From the NCBI GenBank assembly GCA_964035545.1, contig OZ037765.1, forward strand, positions 16,678,995 through 16,742,994: DNA of 64,000 nucleotides, written 5' to 3'. The notes under the pieces were generated by a model, which saw only the letters and a list, made by a program, of their open reading frames with translations, did no database searches and was not told the origin of the DNA. Below, piece after piece: positions 1 to 13,502 of the stretch. Every line of letters starts with the position of its first letter. Within the stretch, counting starts at the first letter, position 1. Made by a program: the position numbers and the translations under genes. The DNA comes from Bugula neritina. Its lineage: Eukaryota > Animalia > Bryozoa.

Positions 1-1686
1 ATACAATGTATTGAAAATTGAGTGTAAACGGAATAATTATAATTTTTGCTATTCAAGCGGTCATGGAAAATTCAACACAGCATTTTCACACTTCCACAAA
101 ATAAACTATTAACTGCACTATTGAAGTTCCTTTCTACTAAACATGAGAATATCGTATGCGATACATATGTGGTACAGTGTGCACTGTGGTGTACATGGTG
201 AGCCAGGCAAAAGTAGATATATAAATATATAGTAAAGAACATTTGTTATAAGCAAAGAAGCTACAAACTAAAACTGGGAGTATTACAAGCATGTACAGTG
301 TAATAAAAAACAACTACAAACCTTAAAAGATTTCCCAGGTATTAGAGATGGCTGCATATTGAGGAAAATAAAAGCCTGAGTTTACAAAACACTAAAGTTC
401 AGCTGATTGAAAGAAATAAAACAGAGACAAGCACACATCTCTGTGTGAAACTCAGCTAATAGCACAACTAAGCGATTCTGCCAATTTGATCTGACAACAC
501 GAAATCTACATATTATACAAATACAGAGACTAGCATAATCATACTAACGCTAAAAGCATTGCAAGTTTTCAAAATAGGCTTCATATTGCAGCCAATGATG
601 CTGCATTCACACAAGGCTCTGTATAATATGCTCCCAGCTTTATTAGATATATTAAGTATTAGAATGAATCGCTTTATATTGAAGACAAGTAGAGAGTAAT
701 TTTAAACACATTGCAGATACTGCTCAAGCTTACATTAACATATAAACTATTTAATTAAAATATTTATTATCAGTTTCCTTGTGCAGCCTATAATAAAGTG
801 CTTATATTGCATCAAGCAAATGGTCTTTGAGGTATCCTCAAAATGTTGAAAGTGTTTTAGAAAATCAGACAAATTCAAGTGCAGATAATTACAAAGTTAT
901 GAAATTAATGAGTATAAACTAATTAATGAATAATCATTACCGATAAGTAGTCTATATATAAGTGCAAGAAATTTAATAGATGGTCAAACACAGTGTACAT
1001 TTAGTTGTATTGTATGTGTTGATATCTAAAAAAACACATGTCAACATCATTTATAATAATGGAAATTATACTAAAACATACTATTTAGATTTTAAAACAA
1101 TTTATAATATTATTGTTGTGCTGTTGATCATTACAGCAAGTTATCATTTCTTAGCTTCGTTGACATTACTTGATACAGGAAGCTATTTAAAATGAACTGA
1201 GGTAAATTTCCCACCCTGCACTAGCAATATGTATTATATTTTATCATCTATGCCACTTTATATTATAACAAGGTTAACCCACACCTATCCTAGCTGAGTG
1301 CCTGTCCATTGCATTAAAGTAGGTAGAAATAATTCCTGTCTAGATAATAAAAACTATCCTGCAGAAGACAAAATAACAGGAATATAATTTCCATTTACAT
1401 AATTTAAATTAAAATATTATTTATTTGGTTAGCAACATAACCAACCTTTTCAACAGCTTATTAGCCTATCAACAATAACCAAAGGACTGTAAGTTTTAAA
1501 GTAAAATCATGAATGAGCTTGCAATACTAATAGGTTTGAATTTTTTAAAATAATAATGATGGTATTATTTTGAACTTTCAGTTTTGGAAGTTCTATCTAT
1601 ACATTTACCTAGCACTATATTGACAACTAACCCATTATGCAACGTTGCCAAATTTTGTAGAAAATTGCAAGCTATGATCTGATTGT

Positions 1687-1895
1687 ATGAGCTGATACTA
1701 AGTAGTTTGAAGCAGTGACTAATAACATGACTAAATAGTGTGAAGCAGTGACTAATGACTAGATGACTAAGCAGTATGAATCAGTGACTAATGAGATGAC
1801 TAAGCAGCATGAAGCAGTGACTAATGAGATGACTAAACAGTGTGAAGCAGTAACTATTGAGATGACTAATTGGTATGACTATAATGAAATGACTG
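1687..1895. repeat. Tandem minisatellite, 33-bp unit (consensus GAAGCAGTGACTAATGAGATGACTAAGCAGCAT), about 5-6 diverged copies
   Basis: GAAGCAGTGACTAAT-like starts recur at about 33-bp spacing from 1709; one copy has a 2-bp insertion and both ends are degenerate. Confidence 0.9.
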
Positions 1896-2054
1896 TAAAC
1901 ATTGATGACCAATGGCAACAATTTTGAATCAAAATCAAGGCAAAGTTTCTATAAATTCAACAAGTCACAAGGTCCTATAAACTGTCGGATATCTTTCATT
2001 TGACCTTATACAAAATTTGAACAGCCAACTTATAATATTATATTGAGCAAATAC

Positions 2055-5000
2055 CTTGGTATGCTCTGACATTTTAGTTCCACCATCTGAAATAGAGCTG
2101 TCTGATCCTGACGATGCACCATTGTCTAAAAAGAGAGCCGATTCCATAACATTGGTTGGGAGAGCCCGCCCTTTCAAATACACTTCAGACTGTGTTCTTT
2201 CCCATCGTTTAGGAGTTCCAGGACTTCCGGTATTTGCTGAGGAAAACAGCCCAAACAATTATTAGTAATAATTTTACATGGTTACATTGTTGGTAAATTT
2301 GAAAAACCATGGGAAATATGCTGTGAACTTCATATTCATGTAACCATCACATCACAGCTAAAGGCTCTAATTTTGGCAGACAGCTTTAATGTACATATAA
2401 CTTACATTTTCAACACCCAAATGCTTTTTACATCAGTTACTGTATGGTAACTGTTTTATTATTATTTTTGTTTTAAAATTATTTCCAAATGATAAATTAT
2501 AGAGGCCAGCTCCAAACAAACATTTATCAGTGTTTTCTTGTTATGTAACTGTATTCCACTTCAACTCTGCCCGTTTAAGAGGAGGAGCCATGCAGCAACT
2601 ATGAGTAGAGCTTTTAGGATTCTACTGAAGAACTTTACATTGTAAGCATAACTTCCAATTATAATAAAGTATATCTCTGAATTGAAGCTGACTTCTTTGA
2701 ATATTACAGACTATTGGAGTTGTGTTCCTAACTAATCAGCTAAGATAACAGCATGGAGTTAATCTCCCACTTTCAAGATGCTGCCGCATGGGCTTTTCAT
2801 TCTAAAGTTTATCTTGATATAAAGGTGTTTGTCAGTTATACTTAAACTACTACATACATTATAGTTGTGCTACTGTCAACTGTTTGTACCACAAATAATG
2901 CTACAAGTACTAAAACACTACATGACATAATATAACAAAGTTCTTCATCTTCACCAGTGCAAAGATCTGTCTAAATTGAGACGCTTATGCTAAAAGCCAG
3001 ATGCTTCATAATATAGGATAGATACATTGAGATTGTGATGTTTGTAATATATATTGCTTCTTGCGGGCAAATTTTTTGTGTTTTAGAAAAATATTTTTCT
3101 CTGTACTTAAGTGACATCAACAGTAAGCCTTGTGAAAAATATGTTGTTTTGAATGTACCAGGCTGTGGTTTCTTAAAACAGTAGTGGTCTAAAACAGCAT
3201 GTTTTTCATAGAAACCTCTCAATGTAAACAGTCTTTTACACATTCCTCAACTGCAGGCATACTTGAAACAAAAAGACGGCTTTTAGGACTACTGGTGATA
3301 ACTTAGCATACATTTTGATAGAAAATTATAATAAAAATCAACAGTAGCTTGAAATGAACATTACTTTTTTTGGTAACCAAAATGATAAACTGCGTAGTTT
3401 TGTTTATTATCATGTGACCCTAAACAAAGTATAAAAAATATTGATAGCCACTGTATCTAAAGGTTGGAATAAGTAACTTTTCAATGTACAGCCATACTCT
3501 GTGAATTTTTAAGATAAAACTAATAGAAAAGTAAAAATTACAAATTTAAAAAGTAAAGTATTTATTGAACACTTTAGATAATATTTAAATAGGTATAATA
3601 GTAAACTTTATATTCTATAACAAGGCATGTTTCTGTAAAATATATATTAAATTCATAGTAGATCAATTAATAAGTGTGGTTATATAAGAAAAAAATACTC
3701 TATGAAACAATTTATATTAGTAAAAGTAATAAGAAGAGCTAATGAAACTAAAAATATTAATTTACTTTTGTCAGCTTTCAAGCAAAATCCAGTAAACTAA
3801 ATTATTATTGAAAATAAGAAGTTCAACAAACTATATATAGCGAACTAGTTTGTAACTATGTAGTCTAATAAGAGATAATATTCTTATACTAAAGTATATT
3901 AGTATACTCACTAAACATGGTTGTGAAATGTGCTGCTCTATCATAGAATATGAGCCACTCACAGCAAAATATCTTAAATATCAACAAATCTAATAAACAA
4001 AATTAGCCTATTACTAGTGAGTAGTAGACAGGAGTGGAGACTAGCTTGTACCCCTCCGTTTACAATCTAGTTAGTAGCATTAGATTATGATACCAAAGTC
4101 TACAAGAATTATTATTAATATGTTTCTAAAAACTTTTATACTAACGGAACAAAATTGATTTACTTTGTCCTATTAGAAGCCATGAAACCCGCTGTGAGGA
4201 CAAGGCATTCGCTGATTGGATAAAATTTGAACTGTAATTAGTTATTCTGGCTACAACTCCCGTTTACTGTCTATATATTAAAAACTGAATGATAAACTAT
4301 AGAGAAAACTTATTACATAGAAAATTATATATGCAGGTCTAAAAAATAAAGGCTTTGGCTGGGTTTAGCGGTGTTAGTTTTAGAGCATAGCTTACTGTTC
4401 TGCTGCTATTATTAGCAAAAACTCAAATATTTTATACAGACCTGCTCTATAGGTATTAGCATCCTTCTCTTACTACACACATTTTTACTCTAGTTGGCTT
4501 TTGATTAAAATATTAAACTTGAACCAAGCAAGTAATTGTTTGCAAAAGCTTCAACTAGTTGCTCAGATCTGGAATGATATAATTTATTTATTTTTTATAT
4601 TTTTATTTCAGTTAATTTTTATTAAATATAATAATATTAACGCTGACACTGTTGACATTAAATGAAAGAACTTACTATAAATGGTTGCATCTTTTGCCAA
4701 AATATTTAATATATGAAATATACAACGACCGACACAACAGAGTGTGTTGGTCATTGTAATCATAATAGTATTGAGATTACCTGCACTAGTATTATATGTT
4801 GTGGAGACAACTAACGATTTCAGTCTACAGATGAGGGTGGCAAAGTATTTTAATAGCTAACATTCTCATCATGAAGCCAATTATTAAATAAAACAATTAA
4901 TAAACTACTGAAAGTCTGATAAAATATTTTATCAAAATGATAGACTTGGCAGTAATTTTGTGGAGTTCCATTTTTAATTTGCTTCAATCAAAATGTCACC

Positions 5001-5988
5001 GTGCCAAGTGTTTTGTTGGTGCAGGTGACTTTGGTTTGTAGTTACCAAAAACATCTGCACACAAATTAATGAATAAAACTATTGAAAGAAAGTGATATTC
5101 TAATATAAAGATAATTTATAATTGCTTATTTTTTGGCAATTCTTTCTTAAATTTACATATTAAGTTTACTTGGAATATTACTTTTGAATACACTTATTGG
5201 ATTGTGATAAGAAATTCAACAACCTAAAGATATTGTAATCAGCATCTTACAGTCATGCATCAGGACTAAAGAATTATAAGCTTGACACACATTCTATATA
5301 ATTTTAATAAAATATAATATTAAGCTATAAATCAAAAGTAAGACAAGCTTTTTATATATTTTATAAGGTGCATCAGCACTGCGGTAAGCATAGTGAATTA
5401 GTGTGAAGTATTATAAATCAGAGCTGAAATATTCAACTCAAAGTTAATTTATTAATTTATAACACAGTTATCAGGTCTTCCCAGCTACAAAAAAACTTCA
5501 CCCCCCAGAGCCTTACATAGCTACACTCCTATTAAACTAACAAGACAAGATACACAATCAGTAGAAGATGCACCACACATAACTAAAGTTTAATACAGTA
5601 AAAGGTGAGTAATTGACATTTCAGAATATCATCATGCTATGCTACTGCTTAATTTGTAATCTGCACACTTGATTTATCATATAAACATTTAGCAACAGAT
5701 GAAAAAATACCAATTAGCTTGGTGAAAAGCTTAAGTAATTCCAAACATCAATCACCACATTTATACACTCAGAATATATAAATTAGTCTGATCTTAGTTG
5801 GGACATTTAATCAGACTAGGTGTCAATATACACATACCTAATGAAAGTGAAACCAGCGTATCATGACACCCAGGCGCAGGTGCTACAGGACAGGCTGCAT
5901 CTGACGCACTTCTAAACGCTGGACTCTTCTGTATCTTAGTCCCGTCACAATTTAGAGGAGGAGACACTCTTCTGTGGTGTGTAGCCAT
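2055..5988 (-). CDS. 5' part of an unidentified protein-coding gene (exons 5988-5838 and 2236-2055); probably continues beyond the left edge
   Basis: Both exons have canonical sites (ttgttgcag|..ttag|GTATGT; tactaat..ttttcctcag|..aag|GTATTT) and join in phase 1, giving MATHHRRVSPP...LVSLSL-A-NTGSPGTPKRWERTQSEVY...KMSEHTK. Ser/Pro-rich, no recognisable domain. Confidence 0.6.
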
Positions 5989-6196
5989 CACCAGCTGCAA
6001 CAATAGTTTACAATAATTACCTTCATTAGGAAATATCTATGTGTTGTAGCTACTGTCTTAGAAACAGTTCACATACAGCGGAGTTTGAAGTTTGACCCCA
6101 CCACTCCACAGGTTCAAAACACAGCATTATTTTGCAAACTACTTTCACTTATGTAGCTCCTGTCTGATAAATAATTACTGAGTTACTGCTGGTAGA

Positions 6197-6362
6197 TGTA
6201 GGTGCAGTAATGGAGAAATTGAGCAAAGCCTGTGTTCTAGATTAGAAATGTAGCAAAAGAAGTTATGTTCTCGCAATAATTTCAACCCGTACCCCAAACC
6301 AAAATTTATAAAGAAATTTTAAGAACTTAGGCTATCTCAATTTCTCCACTACTGCTTCTATA
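6197..6362. mobile_element. MITE-like element with about 40-bp imperfect terminal inverted repeats
   Basis: GCAGTAATGGAGAAATTGAGCAAAGCCTGTGTTCT (left) matches the reverse complement of AGAACTTAGGCTATCTCAATTTCTCCACTACTGC (right); a 24-bp direct repeat lies at 6179-6202 and 6363-6386. Confidence 0.6.
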
Positions 6363-8236
6363 TGAGTTACTGCTGGTAGATGTAGGCGCTAGGTTCACAC
6401 AGCTAGAGAAAAGTTAAATACATGAATAGTGTGATCTACTGAACTACTGTGTAGCATATATTACATAAATGTCAGTGTACAAGTTACATTTTACTCCCAT
6501 ACCTACCTTGAAAAGCTTGTAGTAACCTACAGGTAAGTAAACCAATTGCAGCTAAAGTGAGTATACTGTATGTATCTGTATATTGATAAAGCCGATTATT
6601 TTCTTTAACTAGACATTCTTGTTGCAGTAACTTGAGGGTTATTATAATAACAAGATGCTGCCTCTACTGAAAACAACACTGTTTACACTTCAACCATAAA
6701 TCAATGCTTACAGAAGCCTCAAGGGCTTACTTTATGGAGAGTACTCAAATAATCACAGAGAAAATCATCTGCTAATTGAAATCTATAGTAGGTCTAGTTT
6801 CTGTAAATCAATGAGAAATTTATATTGGATAGTCCACTAATTGTTCTAAATCTTAAAAAAGAAGAGCATTCTTTTTATGTGAGGTTAGCTCATTTGCATA
6901 AAAACTGCAAAGTTATAATATAAAGCAATGGGAAAAAGTTTTTCAGTAGATTGATTTCAAATACATGCAGGCATTAAAATAATGAGCTCATACCTTTCTA
7001 TACTCTTTTTATTATTTACAAAATAGGAGTTATTATGGAATATGAAATACATGATTGAGCAATATTTCTTTATTGATAATTGCACCAGCGAGCACAGAGG
7101 ATAATATATAAGTTTATGCTGAAATATTATAAAGAAATAAAACAAAAGACCTATATACTAGGGTTTAGATAGCTTAGGTCAGCACTAATAATTTCATCTA
7201 TTCATTTGGCTGCTAAAATTTAGTGTGTGATTCATACATATTTTAGCTTATAATATGGTCTTGCAACGAGTTTGTCTGATAGCATCATATTATGCACGGT
7301 CCAGCAAGGTGGGGCAACTTTCAATATTTAGACTTTATAGACACCCGCGGTCACTAGGAAGTCTGCATCATATCAAATTTCAGAAAGCCTCAATCTACTG
7401 CTTACAGCTTTAACTCATTTTTTAAATTGGTTAATTCAAACAGATTGTTGCACAGAAAATTACATTTGAAACATCTTCATGTATCAGCAGTGGTTTACAC
7501 ACCTTTATTGATTCAATGCCATAGCTTCATAGCCTGCACTCTGATCACTTATTTAGTAAGTTCCTTAATTGTAACTGTCAGCCAATTTAGGTAATAAGAT
7601 TAAAGTAGATCTCAGACAAACAGCACATGACAAAATAACCGGTTTATAATAATATTGCTGTTGAAGCTAATTAGTGACATTGCTTAGCAACAGAACCAAT
7701 GAAAATCAAACTTTTATTAACACTGCAGCACCCTCTGGTGTTTTATATAAAGCTAAAACTAAACTTGATATACCAATACTTATAATTCTTGGGGTGAGGT
7801 GCTTTAATACTACACTCACTAATAAACATCCCCAAAATATTTTTTACAATTTCCACAGCTTGCACCACTTTATGTTTCAAGTTTTGACTCACTTGTTGAA
7901 AGCACACTGGAGAAATGACATGGAAAATTCTTATTATGTACAATATTGTCCATTAAAATCTCAAAATCAGCTTTTTCAGCAGGTCAAAGTTTATTCAAAT
8001 ATAGGGGGAAATCTCTAGATGTAGGCAGGGTTAAAGCCTTCAACTCTAAACTAGTATTTTACAAACTTGTAAAGCATAATACATATTAATTGAAACTGTA
8101 AGATCAGGTAACTATTCCCTACTATAAATCTTCATCAAATGTTTGTTAAATTTTATTGGCAATCGTTGAGACAAAACTAGTTTGTGAACATATATTATGC
8201 ATGCAGTTGAAATTCTACACAATATTAGACACTCAC

Positions 8237-8458
8237 CTTTACTCTTGCAGTCTATTTCGGACAGCTGATGGCCACATCCAACTCTCAGAGCCTTGCTGTG
8301 TGTTAGATGCCTGTAGCTTATGTAGAACACTTGAATCAACTATCAACATGCAGCTTTAGCCTGGCTCATGACAGAGAGTAGAGGTCATCACAATCGTCCA
8401 ATCCTGTGACAGCAGCTTACAAAGCATGAGCAATGTCATACTCCTGTCCTCCATATAT
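8237..8458 (-). other. Probable non-coding (5' UTR) exon of the minus-strand gene
   Basis: Bounded by tttattaatag| and aaag|GTGAGT on the minus strand; higher GC than its flanks; stops in all three frames. Confidence 0.4.
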
Positions 8459-9784
8459 CTATTAATAAATAGACGCCACTAACTGTGAAAAGGTTATTTG
8501 ATACATAGCCCACAGGAAACCATTTTCTTTTAATTTCGTATAAATCACCACAGAATCGATAGCATAATATATAATCCCTTTATTTTATATTTATATATTT
8601 TATATATTATATTTTTGTAAGACACAAAGTTACATTGATGGGCTTTTAGGCAATTTAGTTGCAGACACAACTTGCCAGTTGAATTTTCGCAGTCTTTGAG
8701 AAATAAAACTAGCAACCCAAAGAACCTGTAATATCGTATTCTTGCATCCTAATTATAACAATGTAATTAGTAGAACTTTCCAAAGCTTTAGAACAGAAAC
8801 TAAAAAATCATATGAGCTACTATTCCTTATAGCCAAGAAAGGGCAAATATCAACAGGAAGACACTTTATTTTTAGCAAAAATGCAAGTATGTTGAGCAGT
8901 AATTTGGTTTCAGCTGGATATTTTGATCAAACCACAACATCTACTCAGCTGATAAAGTTTTGCGATGAAGCAAAGTAAACATAGCAAGGAAATTGCAAAA
9001 TACACCAAGGTATTTTGCTAATCATGTATTTTAAGCATCTATCATTTGCCTGGTGGCTCTGAATAAACAGTCCATACAGCTTTTAGAACCTGATTCATAT
9101 AGGCCTATAGGCCTACACATATGAAGCTTCAAACAATGAAACTGATTTCGAATGATATTCAGGAACAGGATATAGATTGAAAAATTTATGGCAGAAAATA
9201 TTTTGCAGATTATGCAAATAGCCAAGGTTTTATATTTGGCATAAAACATAACTGTGTTTTAAAAACAGCTTCATTTGTCATAAACATGTGCTTATAATCT
9301 CACATTTTGAGCTCACGGCCAACTATATGGTATACCATCCTTTATAGTAGAGTGTATCTGCTAGTCCTCCATAAGTTATGTGGGCAGATACCAACCAAAG
9401 AAACAGATGAGGGACAAGCACTGTATCATTCTGCAGAACACAGACATTTTGAATATCTCAATATTATATCATTAGCACATAATAGTATTTTAATTAACAA
9501 ATAACTCATTCTCATATTTTAATTAACAATGATAATTTGCTCATAATGATAATATTTACTCATAATATAATAATGATATGATGATAATGTGATTATGATA
9601 AGTTACATATCCGTTTTTAAAACGATTGACTTTATGGATGATTTGAAAAGCATTAAGGGTAAATAATATGAGGTTAAGCTAATTTATAAAAAAGAGTGCC
9701 CCGTGAAAGTGGTAGTCCGCGTACCTGGCAGCAGTTCACTTTGGCTAACACTTAGTGAAGGTTGTAAAACTTATTGAGATGCAG

Positions 9785-10191
9785 TGTAATAGAATTGCTA
9801 ATATGTTTTTGTACTTGAGGTTATATTTTTTGGAGTTGAATTCCCCCGCCACTTTTTTTATAAATAATCTCTGATAAGTTATGTAAGCCAAAACTCGACC
9901 GTGTTTGGAGCCCGAAGGCACGACTTCAGAGGGGTCTGTTCGATTTCGGCCAACGGAACTCCGAGTCTCGGCCAAGTTTCGGACACCCTGAGTGGCGGGA
10001 AATTTTGTTGGTATAAAAGGGGAGAGTTTTCAGTGCTAAAGCAGTCTTACACTGGAGCTCTCCGAGGAAGCATCTGTTAAGAGATAAAGACGATTATATC
10101 AAATTATCCAAGAAGACTTTTATTCAGCAAAGAATAGTACTGGCATGCAGACTGCTTAATCTATTTCAAATAAACCCACAAAATCACTACA
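9785..10191 (+). mobile_element. Solo LTR, 407 bp (family B)
   Basis: TGTAATAG...CACTACA termini, 4-bp TSD GCAG (9781-9784 / 10192-10195), internal TATAAAAGG, CpG-rich; shares blocks with the solo LTR at 56484. Confidence 0.8.
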
Positions 10192-10789
10192 GCAGTCACT
10201 GTCAGCATAAAACCTATTAGTTAGTATTTAGATTTTAGTGCATCAGTAATAACAAAATTATAATCTGTATCTGTAAGATATGTTTAAGCTCAGCCGCTAA
10301 AAGTACATAGCGGTGTAGTATAATATTAGTATGACTTCACCTCAAGAATGTTAGCTACCTAGTTTTTATCTTTGATCCTGCAAAATCATTCATATTGTAT
10401 TTCACGAACAATCACACCAGCATGTGCAAGAACAGATATATTACTTGGTTTAGTACTAATACTTATACAGGTTTACTAAATTAGCAAGTCCAAGACTAAT
10501 AATAGTAATATTAAATTTAATATAAATATTGATGGTCTAACATGTGTATAGAATAGGTTTTCTTACTGTTATTAAAAGTAATAGTAGTAGTACTACACAG
10601 TTTAAGCCAATAAAGTAGGCTTCGGTAGTTTTATTATTGGTTGGGGGTTTTTAAGAGAATTTCTTGGGGCAATTAATATATCATTCCTGTAACTCTAAGG
10701 GCATTACTATTATTATGCTTTTACAAGCAGGGATGGGAATATAGAATGGGGCATGTATTGTAAATAAGATTAGGTATGCTACACGTAAA

Positions 10790-11050
10790 ATATATATCGA
10801 GTCTAGTTGATTTTATGGTTTGTGTGCGCTCATTGTGTTTCAGCAACAACAGAAATTAAGTTTCAGACCAATTGCAAACATGATTGCATTTACTGCGAGC
10901 CAGCTTTCTTGTATACATTCGATACCAAAGCCGAAAGCTACGTTAATTGTCATTGTGATTGTTTAAACGGGTTTACTGCTAGTACTTCCTATGCAGGTGC
11001 GCATGGCTTTAAGTTTAACTTTATACGCGATTGTAAACATTAATATTCAG
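10790..11050 (+). promoter_or_regulatory. Candidate promoter / non-coding first exon of the PTPN13-like gene
   Basis: Local CpG enrichment ending in ttcag|GTAAAT (11050/11051); the ATG-containing exon has its own acceptor (tttttgatgcag, about 13447), so an upstream exon is expected. Inference only. Confidence 0.35.
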
Positions 11051-13502
11051 GTAAATATTTTCATTGCTGGAAAAATGTTTTCCATTTAAATGATGCTCTA
11101 AAAGCACACATTATTATCATTATAAATACTAAGGTAGAAATACAAGTTAGTTGTAATACTAACTGTAACTGTAAGACGCAAATACTGAATTAAACTTTAG
11201 TATAGTAAATAAATTATTATTAGAATAATAATCATAATGTCAATGATAATCATAGCAATAACATTGGATTTTCATTCAAGTTTGTTCAGAATTTTAAAGT
11301 GTAGTTATTTACGGTAAGACTAAGAGTAAGTGTACATTTTTTTATCAATATCAGTGTTCTAATAAAAATGGCTTGATCATAATCACAATGATAATGCAAA
11401 AGTTAACTTTAAGACTTAAGACTAAGTATTTAATTTTAGTTTTATGCACTTAAACCTATATTTGTTAGCAATCATTTTGATGATCATGGTTCAACTTACA
11501 GTTACACCTAATCTTATTCTTAGTCTTACTATAAGTATAAGTGTAAAGGCACGGCAACATGAGATGGTTGCAAGTAATAGTATAAGTTATCACAATTAGA
11601 TTTAGTTGAGCTGTGATTTCATTATTAATATTACTATTAGTATTAGTATAAGTATTGCTATTTGAGTATTACTTATACTGATAATAATAGTATTACTATT
11701 AGTAATAGTAATACTATCAATATGGCCAAAATTTTAGGTATCATTTTGCTTTAGTCCACTAGCTTTTACTTTATTAACCGATAAGCAATCACATAAACAA
11801 AGGCTATGAATCATACTGAAAATAAAAATTAACAGTGAAGTAGCATGACAGGCAACTTCAAAAAGTTTTGGACTGGTGCTCATGGTCACAGTGTAAATCA
11901 GCTAAATGAGCATGACTATTATTATTACTGATTTATGTTGCACTATGATTGTCATGTAATCTGAGCATCTGTATTTATTACTATTACTAAAATATTCTTA
12001 TAAGTAACAGTGCTAGTGTAACTATAAGCATTAAGTTTGGTTCATAATATTAATCATAGGACACTATGATTTTTACTAAGACTATAAGTTATTTAGGCAC
12101 TAAGGCATAATTATTAACTTAAATTTTGGTCACCATACTCACAACCGCAACACCATCAAGATGCAAGTAAAATTAATGGTCATAATAACCATGTAACAAA
12201 TACAAGAATTTTATTTTAATATATGTTATATAAAAATAAATCCTAATCAAGATTGATGCGTGGTTGCTACTATTGGGATTCTCTTAAAGTTAATGATTAT
12301 GCTTATATCTAATTCAGCTTTCATAAAATTGTCATTATGTATACTATCAAATTCAAGCTTATGGTTTTTAATTGTCAATATTTTATTATTTTTAATTCAT
12401 ATATTCATGTAATAGGCTAAAAACATTTTAAATTTGTGTGTGTAATTATGTAGCATTAAAATACATATATATTTAAAGCATATCAGTTATATCTCAACTA
12501 CCTTTAAAGTTCTTGTTTTACTAGTTATAATTCAGAGTAATATATGTCTTTAATTATATGGTATTGGCTTTACCAACTTGGGAAATTTCAACAAATTTAA
12601 ATAACAGTTGCAAAAAAATTGCTTTCAATTTGTAGCACTAATTGTATTTGCTTTACATACATGGCTCTTAAAGATATGTGGTTACTCAAACCTTAAATTT
12701 ACTGAAAAGCAAATGTGGTTAGGTTAAATAAATTGAAATATTTGAAAAAATAAAGCAAGGAAGTCTATGCCGACTCCTACAAAGACCGTAAACTAAGTTA
12801 TTTGAATCAGCTGTAGTAGTTAGAAGATGACTTTCAATTAATTGAAGCCTAAAGTGGCCTGCAAAAAATTTTAATGAACGCTAAAACTTTATATGCAAAG
12901 TTTTTTTTCAGAATTATCTGGAATGAAGCAATAGGGACTTTATGAATATGCTGTTAAATTTATACAAAGTAAGTCCTAAGAAATAAATGATTATCTAATA
13001 ACCTAAAAGCATATCATAAATAGAGCATGGCAAAGTGATCCATTCATAACAGTTTTAGCATATGTTAGTCATATACGTACATAAACAATAACTTCAAGAA
13101 AATACTATGAAGAAACAGGTATATGTGGTATTGTGCAGGAATGATTCATTTTATTTACAAATTTTCAATAAATTGAGTATACCTGAATTTGTGACTCATG
13201 TACTTTTTAAGATACTATTGGTTCTTTTGAAAATTTATTATATACAACAAATTAGTATATTTATTCACTAATAAAACTAGCCATTAGTGTGTGTGCTCGC
13301 GTGCGTGCATGTCTTTTGGTGAACATAAAATAATACATCCATTCCATGTGCTATACGAGTGGTAGATTAAGATTTAGAATTAAATATGGTTATTTAGGAG
13401 TAAATCATTCTATATGGGTGAGTTTCTTTACAAACTTTTTGATGCAGGCATGTAGGGTACCTTAGACGCAGATAGCTAGCTGTAAACCTCCTCAAAGGTG
13501 AT

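Noticed and set aside
1687-1895. CRISPR-like array
   Set aside because: Units are contiguous with no unique spacers, there are no cas genes, and the context is eukaryotic.
2971-3300. Extra exon or ORF of the minus-strand gene
   Set aside because: No convincing splice pair, and the flanking exons already join in frame without it.
7674-9504. Short ORFs from the track (e.g. 7674-8018, 8742-8978, 9307-9504)
   Set aside because: AT-biased composition, mostly non-ATG starts, no domains or splice support.
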